Origin: Octopus vulgaris | Lineage: Eukaryota | NCBI GenBank assembly: GCA_951406725.2 | Contig: OX597817.1 | Location: forward strand, 84,320,001 to 84,384,000 | Reading direction: 5' to 3' | Length of the DNA stretch: 64,000 bases | Shown here: positions 39,453 through 52,260 of the stretch, piece after piece | Numbering within the stretch: the first letter of the stretch is position 1 | Layout of the letters: every line of letters starts with the position of its first letter | Made by a program: the position numbers and the translations under genes | The notes under the pieces: generated by a model | Databases searched by the model: none | Told to the model about the DNA's origin: nothing | What the model saw: only the letters and a program-made list of their open reading frames with translations

Positions 39453-41166
39453 CACACACATATACATATGTTTGTGTATGTGTGTATACCTATGTCTATG
39501 TATATATATATATATATACATATGTACAAGCACACTCACACATGTATATATATATATATATATATATACAGACATACAGACACATGCTTTTATGTGTGTG
39601 TATGTAGTATGTATGCATGCATGTATGATGTGCGTGTACGTGTGTATGTCTGTATATTACTCTTTAAAAATAGACGAGTGAAATGGACAAAGCTAAATGA
39701 CATGAAAAGGAAACTTCGAGGAACAAAGATAAATATAGAGAAACTAATTGTCGGTACATGTATACGTATTTAGTAATCTTTGATACAAAATCATTTAGAT
39801 GGCACGAAAAGCTAAATTATCAGCATTCGTTAATATATGTCTGAGTAAACAAACAGGTGAGAAAAACCAACGGAATTATCTCTGAAGTATAATGATAGAC
39901 GGTTAGATTTTACTTCAAAAATAATAAAAATTGGCTTGGTTACTTTTAATGTCTTCAATGTATATTTTGCATGTCTCGAGGTAGGAAACGAAAACCGACG
40001 TTGGGATGTATCCAATACTTGCTCGGATTACAGAATTAATGCCGAATATATTTTTTCATTAATCACCGAAGTGTAAACCTATATTCAGGTGCACGGACTA
40101 ATTTCAATTTGAACTCACATGGACAGAAGGGCGTAGAAATTATCCCAGTGAAAGTTTCAGAAATCTATTTAATATTGAGTGTAACTAATTTACACTAATA
40201 TGTAATTAATTTACACTAATATGTAACTACAACTACTAGTATAAACGCACAATGGTATTGTTTTTCTACTAAAGGAAAATTAATATTAAAAAATATTTAG
40301 AATATTCAAAATCCTATTCTTAAGGTCAAGTTAAATTACCCAAGCGAAACAATATTAAACTCCTATTTGTTTTGTTTTCCTTTAAATTTGTCTATTTGTC
40401 TTATATTATAATCATATAGAAATATTAATAGTTATAAATCTCTCTAAAGACCCTTAATATAAGATGCCTTCTACAACGAAGTGTAATAAAGTAATCAATT
40501 TCTTTAAAGTCCAGAAAGGTCACTCTAAGATTAAGTAAAACCAGAACTAGGGACATATCAAGTTTCCCACTATCTCTACTGTCATTTACCTTGATATTTC
40601 ATGTTTCTTTACTACAAATATACTTTAAGAACCTATGACTTGCACTTCGGTCTTCATTTCGCTTCATCCATCGGTATGGGTAACACCTTCAATAATGATA
40701 TATAGGAATGTTAAACTTTGAACTTTCTATTTGAGACTCAATTCTGTCAAGTCTTTATACAGAAAAACAATATTCGTATGTATGCGCATGCGCGTTAACC
40801 CTTTTAACCTTTCAGATTGTGTTCATGCACCAGCCTTTCGTAGTAAAGGTATTGAAATTGCATAGCTGCGTAAGAGTCTTAGGGCAATAGGACTGTTGTA
40901 CAATAAAACACGTGTCAGAATGGAACGTGGAAAAATACTTTAATAAATAAACTTTGAAGATGTGTAATTCTCCATTCTGATATATATATAAAGGTATTGA
41001 AATTATATATATGTATATATATATATATTGAGAGAAAATAGTAAAGAGTGAAAAAACTACAGAAGGCTTAAATGTTAAATATATATATATATTTGCGTCA
41101 ATATGTCTGAAGAATATTAGAAAATTTTTTAAAAAAATTTTTTTTTTCTTATAATGGCATAATTTA

Positions 41167-41206
41167 AAAGAAAGACCGGTTTCGCGTGTAGCTTTTCAAA
41201 TTCTTG
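41167..41206 (-). ncRNA. Hammerhead-like motif, U3-A8 covariant core
   Basis: AAGAAU-UUGAAAA-GC-UACAC-GC-GAAAC-CG-GUC-UUUCUU, downstream of a PLE ORF end. Confidence 0.5.
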
Positions 41207-41209
41207 CGA

Positions 41210-41520
41210 CGTTATGTTTATGTTGAATAGAGTTTTCGTTATGTTTATGTTCAGGAGAGTTCTAAATAAGGGAAGGTAGTGAGTGATTTCTTCCGGTGTA
41301 AGGGAGATAATCGCTTAAAAATTTTTTCCTTTCCCTTGTTGTGAATTTCTCTGTATCAGTATGTTCGGATGGTTGAGTCTGGGCTTGTACTTTTCAATGA
41401 AGAATGTTTCCTTGTTTAGTCTAATTTGTGTTGATGATCCGAAAGCACAGTGGTAAAATGCGACGATGGATTTGTTTCGCGCTATGCAGATTTCATTCCG
41501 TATAGCAAAGTCTCATGCAT
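41210..41520 (-). mobile_element. PLE 3' end fragment
   Basis: FYHCAFGSSTQIRLNKETFFIEKYKPRLN (GIY-YIG C-terminus; compare 55980-56035). Confidence 0.7.
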
Positions 41521-42559
41521 ATATTTTGTTTATTTTGTTTATATTTCTACATATACATTAGGAAAAACCTTCGGCTTTGTTTATTTCATGTTATTGTATT
41601 GTATAGGATTACCTTGATTTTTAATTTCTAGATGATCCAAAATAGGGTGTTATATTTTATATGTCTTTCGTATATTTTTCATTATTGCACTCACCTTTTT
41701 TTAAAAAGCAATGTTGTCAAAAATTAGAATTTTGATGTAAATATGCGTATAGCCATGGATATGTATTTGTAAGCATGCGTCTCTGTGTATGTGTAAGTGA
41801 GCGTATGTTTGTGCTTAAGCACACACATACAGGACTGTATGTGTATGTATCCATTTGAACTTGTGTATTTATATACTTGTCTCCATATATGTCAATAACG
41901 CGGTTACACAGCTTGTATACATAATTTTTCTTATTTCGTTTTTTCCCCACCCCTCCTTTTTCTTTTTTCCTTCTCCCTTCTTCGTTCCTTTTTCTCTCTC
42001 TTCCTTTCTTTCGTTTTTTCTCTAACTGATACTGATACAACTTTACGTCCCCCTTACTTAAGCTTTACTCCGTAAATAAGAAACGCTACATTAGCATCGA
42101 TGATTTTAACTTGCGTGCGAGATAGATTGCGTACATATATGTATGCATGCATTTGGGCGTATATTTTAGATTTATATTTATACATCTGTATATGTATGGC
42201 GTTTGCACGCATCCTTCTGTGTATGTTGATATATATATATATGTACACTTTAATATGAATATGTATTGCAGTGTAATATTTATAATGCGTTTTATTTCCA
42301 TGCATTAATTATATTTTCTTCATTAACGTCAATATGTATTTTATTCAATGTAAGGTTTTTTCCTCGAATTTTATAATTTTTATAATTTTTATAATTTTTA
42401 TATATATATATACATATATGTTTGAGCTCATTTTTTTGTTTATCGCTCGAAGATTGACCGTTATTTCTAAAGGGCCAATCAAACAAGTCCATTTTTTAAA
42501 GGTGTAGCGTTTGTAAGAGTCTGGATTGAATTGATATATCGGTTCCATTATAGCAAAAA

Positions 42560-42597
42560 CTGTCTGATGAACGGCAACGAGAAACTCAGAGTAACAG
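42560..42597 (+). ncRNA. Minimal type I hammerhead motif
   Basis: CUGU-CUGAUGA-A-CG-GCAA-CG-A-GAAAC-UCAGA-GUA-ACAG; GNRA-capped stem II, quasi-palindromic ACUC-A-GAGU. Confidence 0.7.
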
Positions 42598-42629
42598 ATT
42601 TTGTTGAATTTTCTGCTGCTTTAAATAAA

Positions 42630-42676
<47 letters not shown>

Positions 42677-42679
<3 letters not shown>

Positions 42680-43097
42680 TCTTTTACTCTTTTACTTGTT
42701 TCAGTCATTTTGACTGCGGCCATGCTGGAGCACCGCCTTTAGTCGAGCAAATCGACCCCGGGACTTATTCTTTGTAAGCCCAGTGCTTATTCTATCGGTC
42801 TCTTTTGCCGAACCGCTAAGTGACGGGGACGTAAACACACCAGCATCGGTTGTCAAGCAATGCTAGGGGGACAAACACAGACACACAAACACACACACAC
42901 ACATATACATATATATATATATATACATATATACGACAGGCTTCTTTCAGTTTCCGTCTACCAAATCCACTCACAAGGCATTGGTCGGCCCGGGGCTATA
43001 GCAGAAGACACTTGCCCAAGATGCCACGCAGTGGGACTGAACCCAGAACCATGTGGTTGGTTAGCAAGCTACTTACCACACAGCCACTCCTGCGCCT
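42677..43097 (-). mobile_element. SINE family A, full length, young
   Basis: Near-identical to 48436, with shared diagnostic bases. Confidence 0.93.
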
Positions 43098-43387
43098 ATA
43101 TATATATATAATATATATAAAATATATATAATATATATAATATATATAAATATATATAATATATATAAAATTACAAATCGAGATAGGGGTTGTGAGTGCA
43201 ACCCTCCATGGGATAACATATATCCAATATACTACTAGCAAAGCACCCAACAAAGTTAATACATAAATGTTAAGAATTGCGATGCAATAAATTCATTTAC
43301 TGTATTATATGGGCAAAGGTAAAATGTTTTACCACAAATTAATAATAATTTCTTATTTTGTACTTCTCCATTTTCTTATTATATATA

Positions 43388-43423
<36 letters not shown>

Positions 43424-43552
43424 TGTATGTATGTATGTATGTATGTATGTATGTATGTATGTATGTATGTATGTATGTATGTATGTATGTATGTATGTAT
43501 GTGTATGTATGTATGTGTATGTATGTGTATGTATGTATGTATGTATGTATGT

Positions 43553-43948
43553 AGGCGTGGTTGTGTGGTATGAAGATTGCTTCCCAACCACATGGTTCCG
43601 GATGCAGTTTCTCTGCGTGGCACCTTTTACAAGTGTCTTATACTATAGCCTTGGCCCGATCAGAGAGTGGATTTGGTATATCAGAAACTGAAAGAAGCCT
43701 GTCGTATATATATGTTTACATTTGTGTGTGTTTGTCCCCCTCACTACCACCACCACCACCATCACTTAACAACCGATGCTGGTGTGATTAGGTCCCCATA
43801 ATTTACAGGGTCGGCAAAATCAACCAATAGAAAAAGTACTAGGCTTACAAAGAATAAGTCTTGGGGTCAATTATTTCGTCTAAATCTCTTTAAGACTGTG
43901 CTCCAGCTTGGCCGCAATCAAATGACAGAAACAAGTAAAAGAATAAAA
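43553..43948 (+). mobile_element. SINE family A, diverged
   Basis: Reverse-complement match to 42677. Confidence 0.88.
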
Positions 43949-43962
43949 CAGTATATATATAC

Positions 43963-44029
<67 letters not shown>

Positions 44030-44040
<11 letters not shown>

Positions 44041-44362
44041 TTCGAGACAAAACCACTACTTTCCAAAACAAACAAGGAAAGACTTAATGAATACATAAAA
44101 AATTTTAATATAAAGAAATAAACCGCCACTACAATCGTTTCATGTCTTCAATGGAGAAATACAAAATAAGAAATTATTATTATAATTCATAAATTAAAAC
44201 AGATTATGAGATTGAAAATCCACCTGACGAATGTCATTGAAGACATGAAACGATTGTAGTGGCGGTTTATTTCTTTATATTAAAAACTTTTATGTATTGA
44301 TTAAGTCTTTCCTTGTTTGTTTTGCAAAGTAGTGGTTTTGTCTCGAATTAATATTATATAAT
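44030..44362. repeat. Fold-back element (~125-bp arms) carrying a hammerhead
   Basis: 44030-44152 is inverted at 44236-44360; flanked by (TA)n. Confidence 0.9.
44220..44262 (+). ncRNA. Intact minimal type I hammerhead ribozyme motif
   Basis: CCAC-CUGACGA-AUGUC-AUUGAA-GACAU-GAAAC-GAUU-GUA-GUGG; all core bases and stems I/II are perfect. Confidence 0.82.
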
Positions 44363-44459
44363 ATTTTGCTATAAAATTGGATTTAATCCTAAATCTGATT
44401 TTTTCCCTGTAAATTTGGATTTATTCCCTAATATTTATTATTATATATATATATATATA

Positions 44460-44619
44460 GTTAATCCAAACAAGAAAAAAAACACAACAACGCGAGGACG
44501 TGGAACAAATAAAGTATTATTGGACGCTCAGGAAAGAAGGGAAGAAGGAGGGTTTAACGTTTCGAGCGGAGCTCTTCGTCGGAAACATAGGAAAAGGAAA
44601 GATCCCGAGAAGGGAAGAC

Positions 44620-44658
<39 letters not shown>

Positions 44659-44738
44659 AATAAAATACATATATATGTATATATATATACATATATATAT
44701 ATACATATATATATATACATATATATATACATATATAC

Positions 44739-44797
<59 letters not shown>

Positions 44798-45000
44798 ACC
44801 GCGTGTGTATCGTTGGCGATTTTCTTTCTCCGTCTTCCCCTTCTTGGATCTTTCCTTTTTCTATGTTTCTAACGAAGAGCTCCCCTCGAAACGTAAGATC
44901 CGCGTTCTTTCTTTTTTTCCTGAGCGTCCAATAACACTATACTTGTTCCACGTCCTCGTGTTGATGTGTTTTCTCTTTGTTCATGTTTGGGTTAACTATA
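44460..45000. repeat. Two inverted copies of an HHR-like repeat around (TA)n
   Basis: 44460-44620 versus 44820-45000; HHR-like cores at 44552-44586 (-) and 44865-44899 (+). Confidence 0.8.
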
Positions 45001-45216
45001 TACACATATGGTCCAATAGAGAAGCTTCCGATATTTGACACATTCATTAGTGTAACGCTAATAAATTCAGGCAGGTGATAATTGTGCCTTCCTGAATCAT
45101 TTTTTTTTATTTACTATTGTTTTCTGGACTGGTACACACCGTGCGTTTGATATTCAAGCGTCTTTCAACCTGTAAAATGTGTGAATAATTTTGATGCACC
45201 CTTTTATACACATGTA

Positions 45217-45282
<66 letters not shown>

Positions 45283-45355
45283 AGGTAAGATATATTATAT
45301 ATCTATATAGATATACAACTTAAACGAGATAGATAGATAGATAGATAGATAGATA

Positions 45356-46031
45356 TCTTTCTTCATTAGCCACACAGAGCTGAACACAGAGGGCACAAAT
45401 ACAATGTAGAGCTTTTCTTTTCGAAAGGAAAAAAAAGAGAAGGAAAAAATCCGATCAAAAGGGATCGGATACAAAAAAGATCACTTCAAAAGGGATCGTG
45501 TATCACAGAACAGTAAAGATATAGAAAAAACAGATTAGATTTATCAGTGGAAAGAAGAGCCTACGAAAAAGACCACGGTAACCTCAGACAGGGAGGGAAA
45601 AAACACATGAGAGCAAAGTGTTCTCTCTATCTCTTTGGGATTTACAGGATCATGCTCAAAGTTGTTTCGTCATTCACACGTATCAACTTTGCTACATTTT
45701 ATTGAATCTTTTATTGAATCTTTCATGAGGCAAAACTTGCCTCTCTATTCTCACCTTCCTTTTCAAGTGGTACTTGAAAAAGTTGAAGAGCGATTGGCCA
45801 GAAAGGTAAATGTTTGTCTCTAAACCTTTCGCTCGAGTCCACCACATACATTCTTTCACCATGGCCACCAGTACGATGAAAACTGCCTTGCCTTCGCGGT
45901 TAAGGGGAGGTGGCGGGGCAACTTTCACGATAGACTCGGCCGACAACCGAATTCGTTCCACACCTGACAGCAGCCGTTCGGCATAAGCTCACAGATCCGA
46001 AATGGTTGAACACTGCACGAGTGCGTGCAGG
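45356..46031 (-). mobile_element. L1/Tx1-group LINE 3' end, second copy
   Basis: Homologous to 7646-8369 (VKECMWWTRAKGLET..FFKYHLKRK); flanked by (GATA)n on both sides. Confidence 0.88.
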
Positions 46032-46045
46032 ATAGACAGACAGGC

Positions 46046-46132
<87 letters not shown>

Positions 46133-46490
46133 GCTACATATTTATGTAAATCGATAATAAAAACAAGTCAGAAGGAGCACACACTAAACGTATTAGGTTG
46201 ATACTCAATTTAAGATATGTAGTTATATTACATACATACATATATACGCTTATGTATACTTACACATACATATATATGTTTATGTATAGATGTATATATA
46301 TATATATAGGGAGAGTTTACGAAAAGAACAACGAAAGACGAAGAATGGTGGTGTACAAAACAAACAGATGTATTAGTATAACGCTCAGGAATAGAAAAAG
46401 TAATTTACGTTTCGAGCCTACGCTCTTCTACAGAAAGGGACACGGAAAACAAGGAGAAAAACAGGGAGAGAGAAAAAATGTGTGTAGTGG

Positions 46491-46518
<28 letters not shown>

Positions 46519-46526
<8 letters not shown>

Positions 46527-46796
46527 ATCACGTGACCGACCACACCATCAGATGTTGCTACACATCGCTGGTCACAATGCGTTCGCATTGTTTTAGCCTT
46601 CGAATGACGCCATCCCGCTGGGTAAGCGAGCAGGCCAACAGAAGAAAGAGTGAGAGAAAGAGTGGTTAAAGAGTACAGCAGGGATCACCACCCCCTGCCG
46701 GAGTTTCGTGGAGCTTTTACAACAACCGGTGTGGGAATCGAAACCGCGATCCTACGACCGCGAGTCCGCTGCCCTAACCACTAGGCCATTGCGCCT

Positions 46797-46798
<2 letters not shown>
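46519..46798 (-). mobile_element. SINE family C
   Basis: Reverse-complement match to 33909. Confidence 0.9.
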
Positions 46799-46862
<64 letters not shown>

Positions 46863-47371
46863 TATTAAATTAGAGATAAAACCACTATTAGGCAAATCAA
46901 ACAGTGAAAAACATAAGCCAATACATAAAATTAATTTTAAAATATGAAAGTTAAAAATTAAAAAATTATTTAAATAATTTAAACTTATAAATTTTAAATA
47001 TATATATATACAAATATATATATATATATATGTATGTATGCATATTTTTATATTTATATATTATTTTGTTTATTAATTAATTAATTTATTTTTTTTTTTT
47101 TATAAATATCAAAATATATATATATATATATTTAAGTAGTTGAATGAATTATCCTAGTATGGATAAATCGGTTAAACGATACCCGGGTAGCAAATTCACG
47201 TCAGAAAACACGGTTAAAGCTACATGCCAAGGACACAGATCACGTGCTTTCGTGTGGAAATTTGTGTGTTTTATTTTACTATAAATAAATGAAAGAACCT
47301 TTTAGATGTCTGCCCACACGGAGTCATCTAAAAGTTTTTGTTCGTCATGATGCTGACATAAGTTCCTTGTC

Positions 47372-47452
47372 TTTCCTGATGAGAAGGCGGCATAATGCAC
47401 CCCTTATTCCTTCGTTATTAGGAATATGCAGTCTTCGAAACATATGTCGAGA
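47372..47452 (+). ncRNA. Intact type I hammerhead ribozyme motif with extended stem II
   Basis: UUUC-CUGAUGA-GAAGGC..GUCUUC-GAAAC-AUAU-GUC-GAGA; palindromic ACAUAUGU; internal hairpin tattcct/aggaata. Confidence 0.82.
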
Positions 47453-48228
47453 ATAAAGGAATTTTGTTAAATTGTCGTTCGACTCCATTCTTTCATTTAT
47501 TCATATATATATATATAGTGAGACAAAGAACCAGAGCGAATGAGTGAGTGAGATTTCAATGGATATCTTGTTTATTATAGGAAAATAATTTGGAACGTAA
47601 TTAACTGCTATATTGATGTTTGATAGTGTCTGTGATTGAATCATATCTTTTACAATAGCTCCCGCTAGTCACTGTTGTGTTGTTTTTTAAAACAGAGTCT
47701 GATAGCTGCTTATTAGCAAAAAGACAATAATACTTGATTCAAATTATTTCATGATATTGTAGTTATTTATGTTTACATGTAGCTATTTCTGTCATTATGT
47801 ATTCGTGTGAGTATTTTGACATATTTGCATTATTAGATGTAGTTGTGTGATATTTGTATGTGTATGTAGTCATTGTTTACCGATAAAAGTCGGTGTATGA
47901 GCATAATATGAAAGGCTAAAAGGGTTACCGCGCATGCGCATAAATACGAATATTATTTTTTTTCTGTATAAAAGAATTGGCAGAATTATTTGAGTGCCGG
48001 ATGGAAAACTTTATGGTACTTATTCAAGCATTTTACATCTTAATTTCAAATCTAGCCGGAGTCAATTTAGTCAAGAAATGGAGTCCGTGTAATCAAATAA
48101 AATTATTGCCCTAAAAAATTGCTAGTCTTGTGAGTTACTTACAAAACGATTATAAGAAGATTAGAAGAACACTATATCATAAGACTATGAAAAGAAAAAA
48201 CTTACACATACCCACACACACACATACG

Positions 48229-48283
<55 letters not shown>

Positions 48284-48387
48284 ATATTGAACTGAATTAT
48301 ATCATATTGTTTAAACTGCTTAGATTCATTCCCCTTCAAGGTATTTTCTTTTACCTATTCTAATATACATATAAGCGTATGTATAAT

Positions 48388-48434
<47 letters not shown>

Positions 48435-48435
48435 T

Positions 48436-48850
48436 TACTCTTTTTACTCTTTTTACTTGTTTCAGTCATTTGACTGCAGCCATGCTGGAGCACCGCCTTT
48501 AGTCGAGCAAATCGACCCCGGGACTTATTCTTTGTAAGCCCAGTACTTATTCTATCGGTCTCTTTTGCCGAACCGCTAAGTGACGGGGACGTAAACACAC
48601 CAGCATCAGTTGTCAAGCAATGCTAGGGGAACAAACACAGACACACAAACATATTCACACACACTTATATATATATATACATATATACGACAGGCTTCTT
48701 TCAGTTTCCGTCTACCAAATCCACTCACAAGGCATTGGTCGGTCCGGGGCTATAGCAGAAGACACGTGCCCAAGATGCCACGCAGTGGGACTGAACCCGG
48801 AACCATGTGGTTGGTTAGCAAGCTACTTACCAAACAGCCACTCCTGCGCC

Positions 48851-48851
<1 letters not shown>
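48436..48851 (-). mobile_element. SINE family A, full length, young
   Basis: Near-identical to 42677. Confidence 0.93.
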
Positions 48852-48903
<52 letters not shown>

Positions 48904-49135
48904 ATAAATATATATATACATACATATATATATATATATATACATGAAAATAGAAATATTATTAAAATAATATTAATATCCAGCAAGAATAAAGCACCAT
49001 ATAGGTAGAATTATACACCTGCTTTATATATTTATATACATATAAGCATATATTTATATACATATAAGCATATATCTATATAGATATGCCACTTAATCGA
49101 GACATGCAGACAGACAGACAGATAGACAGACAGAC

Positions 49136-49226
<91 letters not shown>

Positions 49227-49888
49227 GCTACATATTTATGTAAATCGATGTGTTTGTATGTGTCCATGTGTGTGTGTGTGTGTGTGTGTCCATGTGTATG
49301 TGTGTGTGTGTGTGTGTGTATTAAGTCTTATGTCAGCTGTTCATTATATTTTATAGCAACAGTGAGAGATGTCTTGTGGGAAGTTCATTTCATTTTTGAT
49401 TTTGTTAGTACAGTGAAAGGAATATCATATATTGTATTACCTTTATGCATTTATCTAAATTTTCTTTACTTTTCCTTTCGTTCTGACAATACAGTTCTTA
49501 ATATTTTTATACAACTACTGTTTTACCAAGCACCTCAGGTCCTATTAATTACACTATTACACAACATTATTTACTTTGCATGAGAAGGAGACACAAGGAA
49601 GGCACATTGTGAAAGTATTTCACTAAGAAGAAGCTAATATTGCAGATGTCTATTAGCTGTCTAGAAAGACAAAGAGAGAGAAGTGAATTTTATTAGAAAA
49701 TTTCCGTACAGACAGAAATATTATTCAACACAATGGCAATTTAGATTCTCCTTGGCGAAAATAATTCATGCAATTATTATTGCAATTACAACTGGAGTTA
49801 TATGCAATCGACCATACTTCAGTTAAACTGTTATTAAGAAAAGACGTTTAAGTGCGGCCATTTCCGGTGATCTATTCGTGCAAATTCT

Positions 49889-50178
49889 TATTTCTTTATT
49901 GCCCACAAGGAGCTAAACATAGAGGGGACAAACAAGGACAAAGGGATTAAGGCGATTATATCGACCTCAGCGCGTAACTGGTACTTAATTTATCGACTCC
50001 AGCGCGTATCTGGTACTTAATTTATCGACCCCGAAAGGATTAAAGGCAAAGTCAACCGCGGCGGAATTTAAACTCAGAACGTAAAGATAGACGAAATACA
50101 GCTAAGCATTTCGCCCGACGTGCTAACGTTTCTGACAGTTCGCCGCCTTTGCTAACGTTTCTGCCAGCTCGCTGCCTT
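49889..50178 (-). mobile_element. SINE family B with two internal duplications
   Basis: Family B tail, body and head; duplicated gcgcgta.ctggtacttaatttatcgac and gctaacgtttctg.cag. Confidence 0.9.
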
Positions 50179-50809
50179 ATTTGTGCAAATGCTACTTGCA
50201 GGTTTGGGCAGGAATTTATTCATATACTCTCACGACTGGTGTCAAGAATTTCGGAGGTTCAATGTTGTTCGGTTACAAGCTTTTGTAGCAATGTAAGTTT
50301 ATGACGATTGGCTGTTTGCTATGTTTCTGTAGTAATGGAGAGTATCATCTTGCTAAGAACCTATATCATTCCTTTCTTTTCTTTCTACCATTAGCGAAAT
50401 ATATTTGTATATATATACGAGCAAAACGCCCCCCATCCAATGGACGGTGCTGAGTTGTCCAACAGTTAAACCAAATTTTCTCAAAACATGTCCACCATCC
50501 CATAGGCCTCCCTTTTGAGAAACACTGATTTAACCTAAATTTGAGACACCAGCAAAAGAAGAAATAAAAATAGACTTTTTTCTATTCCAAAGAAAAACGA
50601 TTTTATTCACACAAATATGCAAGCGAAGAGTTTAAAGTACCAGTAATGATAAGGTTGTTGACTGGGAGAACATAAACATGGTTTAAACAGTAAGCTTAGC
50701 AGGAAAGGAACGTGCCTTTAAGCAGAACAAAAACAACAAGAAATGGAAGGTGCTGTTATGTACAGGTTGACAGAAGAAAAGCAGGACAAAAGCAGCTTTA
50801 TCGATCGCA

Positions 50810-50975
50810 TTCTCACCTGGAATCGATTTTTGTAATTTTTTCAAGACTTATACACGCCCTGATACCGTCGGTATCTACATATCAAATTTGAGCGCAATCG
50901 GATGGAGGATGCCCGAGATCCGGGAAGACACACATCCAAAGATAGACAGACAGACAGAACGGATTTTATATAAGA
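50810..50975 (-). mobile_element. Helitron-like 5' end fragment
   Basis: a|TCttatataaaatccgttctgtctgtctg, resembling the start of 4370. Confidence 0.55.
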
Positions 50976-51014
<39 letters not shown>

Positions 51015-51660
51015 CTGTATGTTGGTCCCTAAAAATACTAAATAAAATTGATAATATTTCAAGTTTTTCTTGTCATTGAAATTAATTTGACCATTCCACG
51101 GATAACTGTACGCTTATTTTCCGAAAATAGATTGCGGGGACCCGAGTTGGTGGTGTATTGGCCCCTATATCTAGCAATCCATATACTGTCTTTTTCAGTG
51201 TAATGTCAATATCATTATCCTTATAAAAAGAAGTTTGTTTGTTTGTTCGTTGGCGCTGACCACTGAAAACATTAAATGAAACTCATAATATTTCAGGATT
51301 TTCGTGTCATTTAAGTAAATTTGACCATTCCGCAGATAACTGTGCACATATTTTCCGAAAACGGATTGGAGGGACCTACTTAGTGGTGTATTTGCTCCTA
51401 TTTCTAGCAATCAATGTATTGTCTGTTTCACCTTAATGTCTATATATCCTTATAAAAAGCAAAATTTGTTTGTCTGCGCTCACCGCTGAAATCACTAAAT
51501 AAAATTGACAATATTTCAGGTTTTTCGTGTCATTTAAATTAATTTGACAATTCCGCAGATAACTGTGCAGTTATTTTCCGAAAACGGAATAGTAGGACAC
51601 CGAGTTGGTGATTGCCTCCTATTTCTAGCAAGCCACATACTGTCTATTTCACCGTAATGC
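51015..51660 (+). repeat. Tandem array of ~225-bp units (3 copies) with Helitron-like ends
   Basis: CTAG at 51171, 51404 and 51625; tatccttataaaaag..tttgtttg starts. Confidence 0.75.
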
Positions 51661-51748
51661 TTTTTAAAGAGTGAAAAACTCCACCTATCACTCAATTCAC
51701 CTCAAGCTTTCTAAGTTTATTCAAGACATTTATTTCTTTGGAGTCGCC

Positions 51749-51875
51749 GCCGGACCTCTGCTTTCTCTCTGTCTATATATCCCAATCTATGTCTCTATAT
51801 CTCTATCTCCATCTTTCTCTCTCCCTCTCTCCCTCTCTCCCTTCCTCTCCCTCTCTCTCTCTCTCTCTCTTTCTT

Positions 51876-51943
<68 letters not shown>

Positions 51944-52107
51944 GTATATGTGTATTTCTCTCATTACCTCTCGCTCTTTTTCTCTCTGAAGAAAAAAACG
52001 CATGTGAGACAGACAGAGAAAGGGAGTTACAGAGAAAAGACAAGTGAGACTCCGGACCTCTGGTTTCTCTTTGTCTATATGTCACTTTATGTCCCTACCT
52101 CTCTCAC

Positions 52108-52163
<56 letters not shown>

Positions 52164-52260
52164 TGTATATGTGTCTCTCTCTCCTTACCTCTAACTCTTT
52201 TTCTCTCTAGATAAAAATACGTGAGACACAGAAAGATTAGGGAGAAAAAAAAAGTGAGAT
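51749..52260. repeat. ~300-bp tandem duplication containing (CT)n
   Basis: ccggacctctg.tttctct.tgtctatat at 51750 and 52052. Confidence 0.7.
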
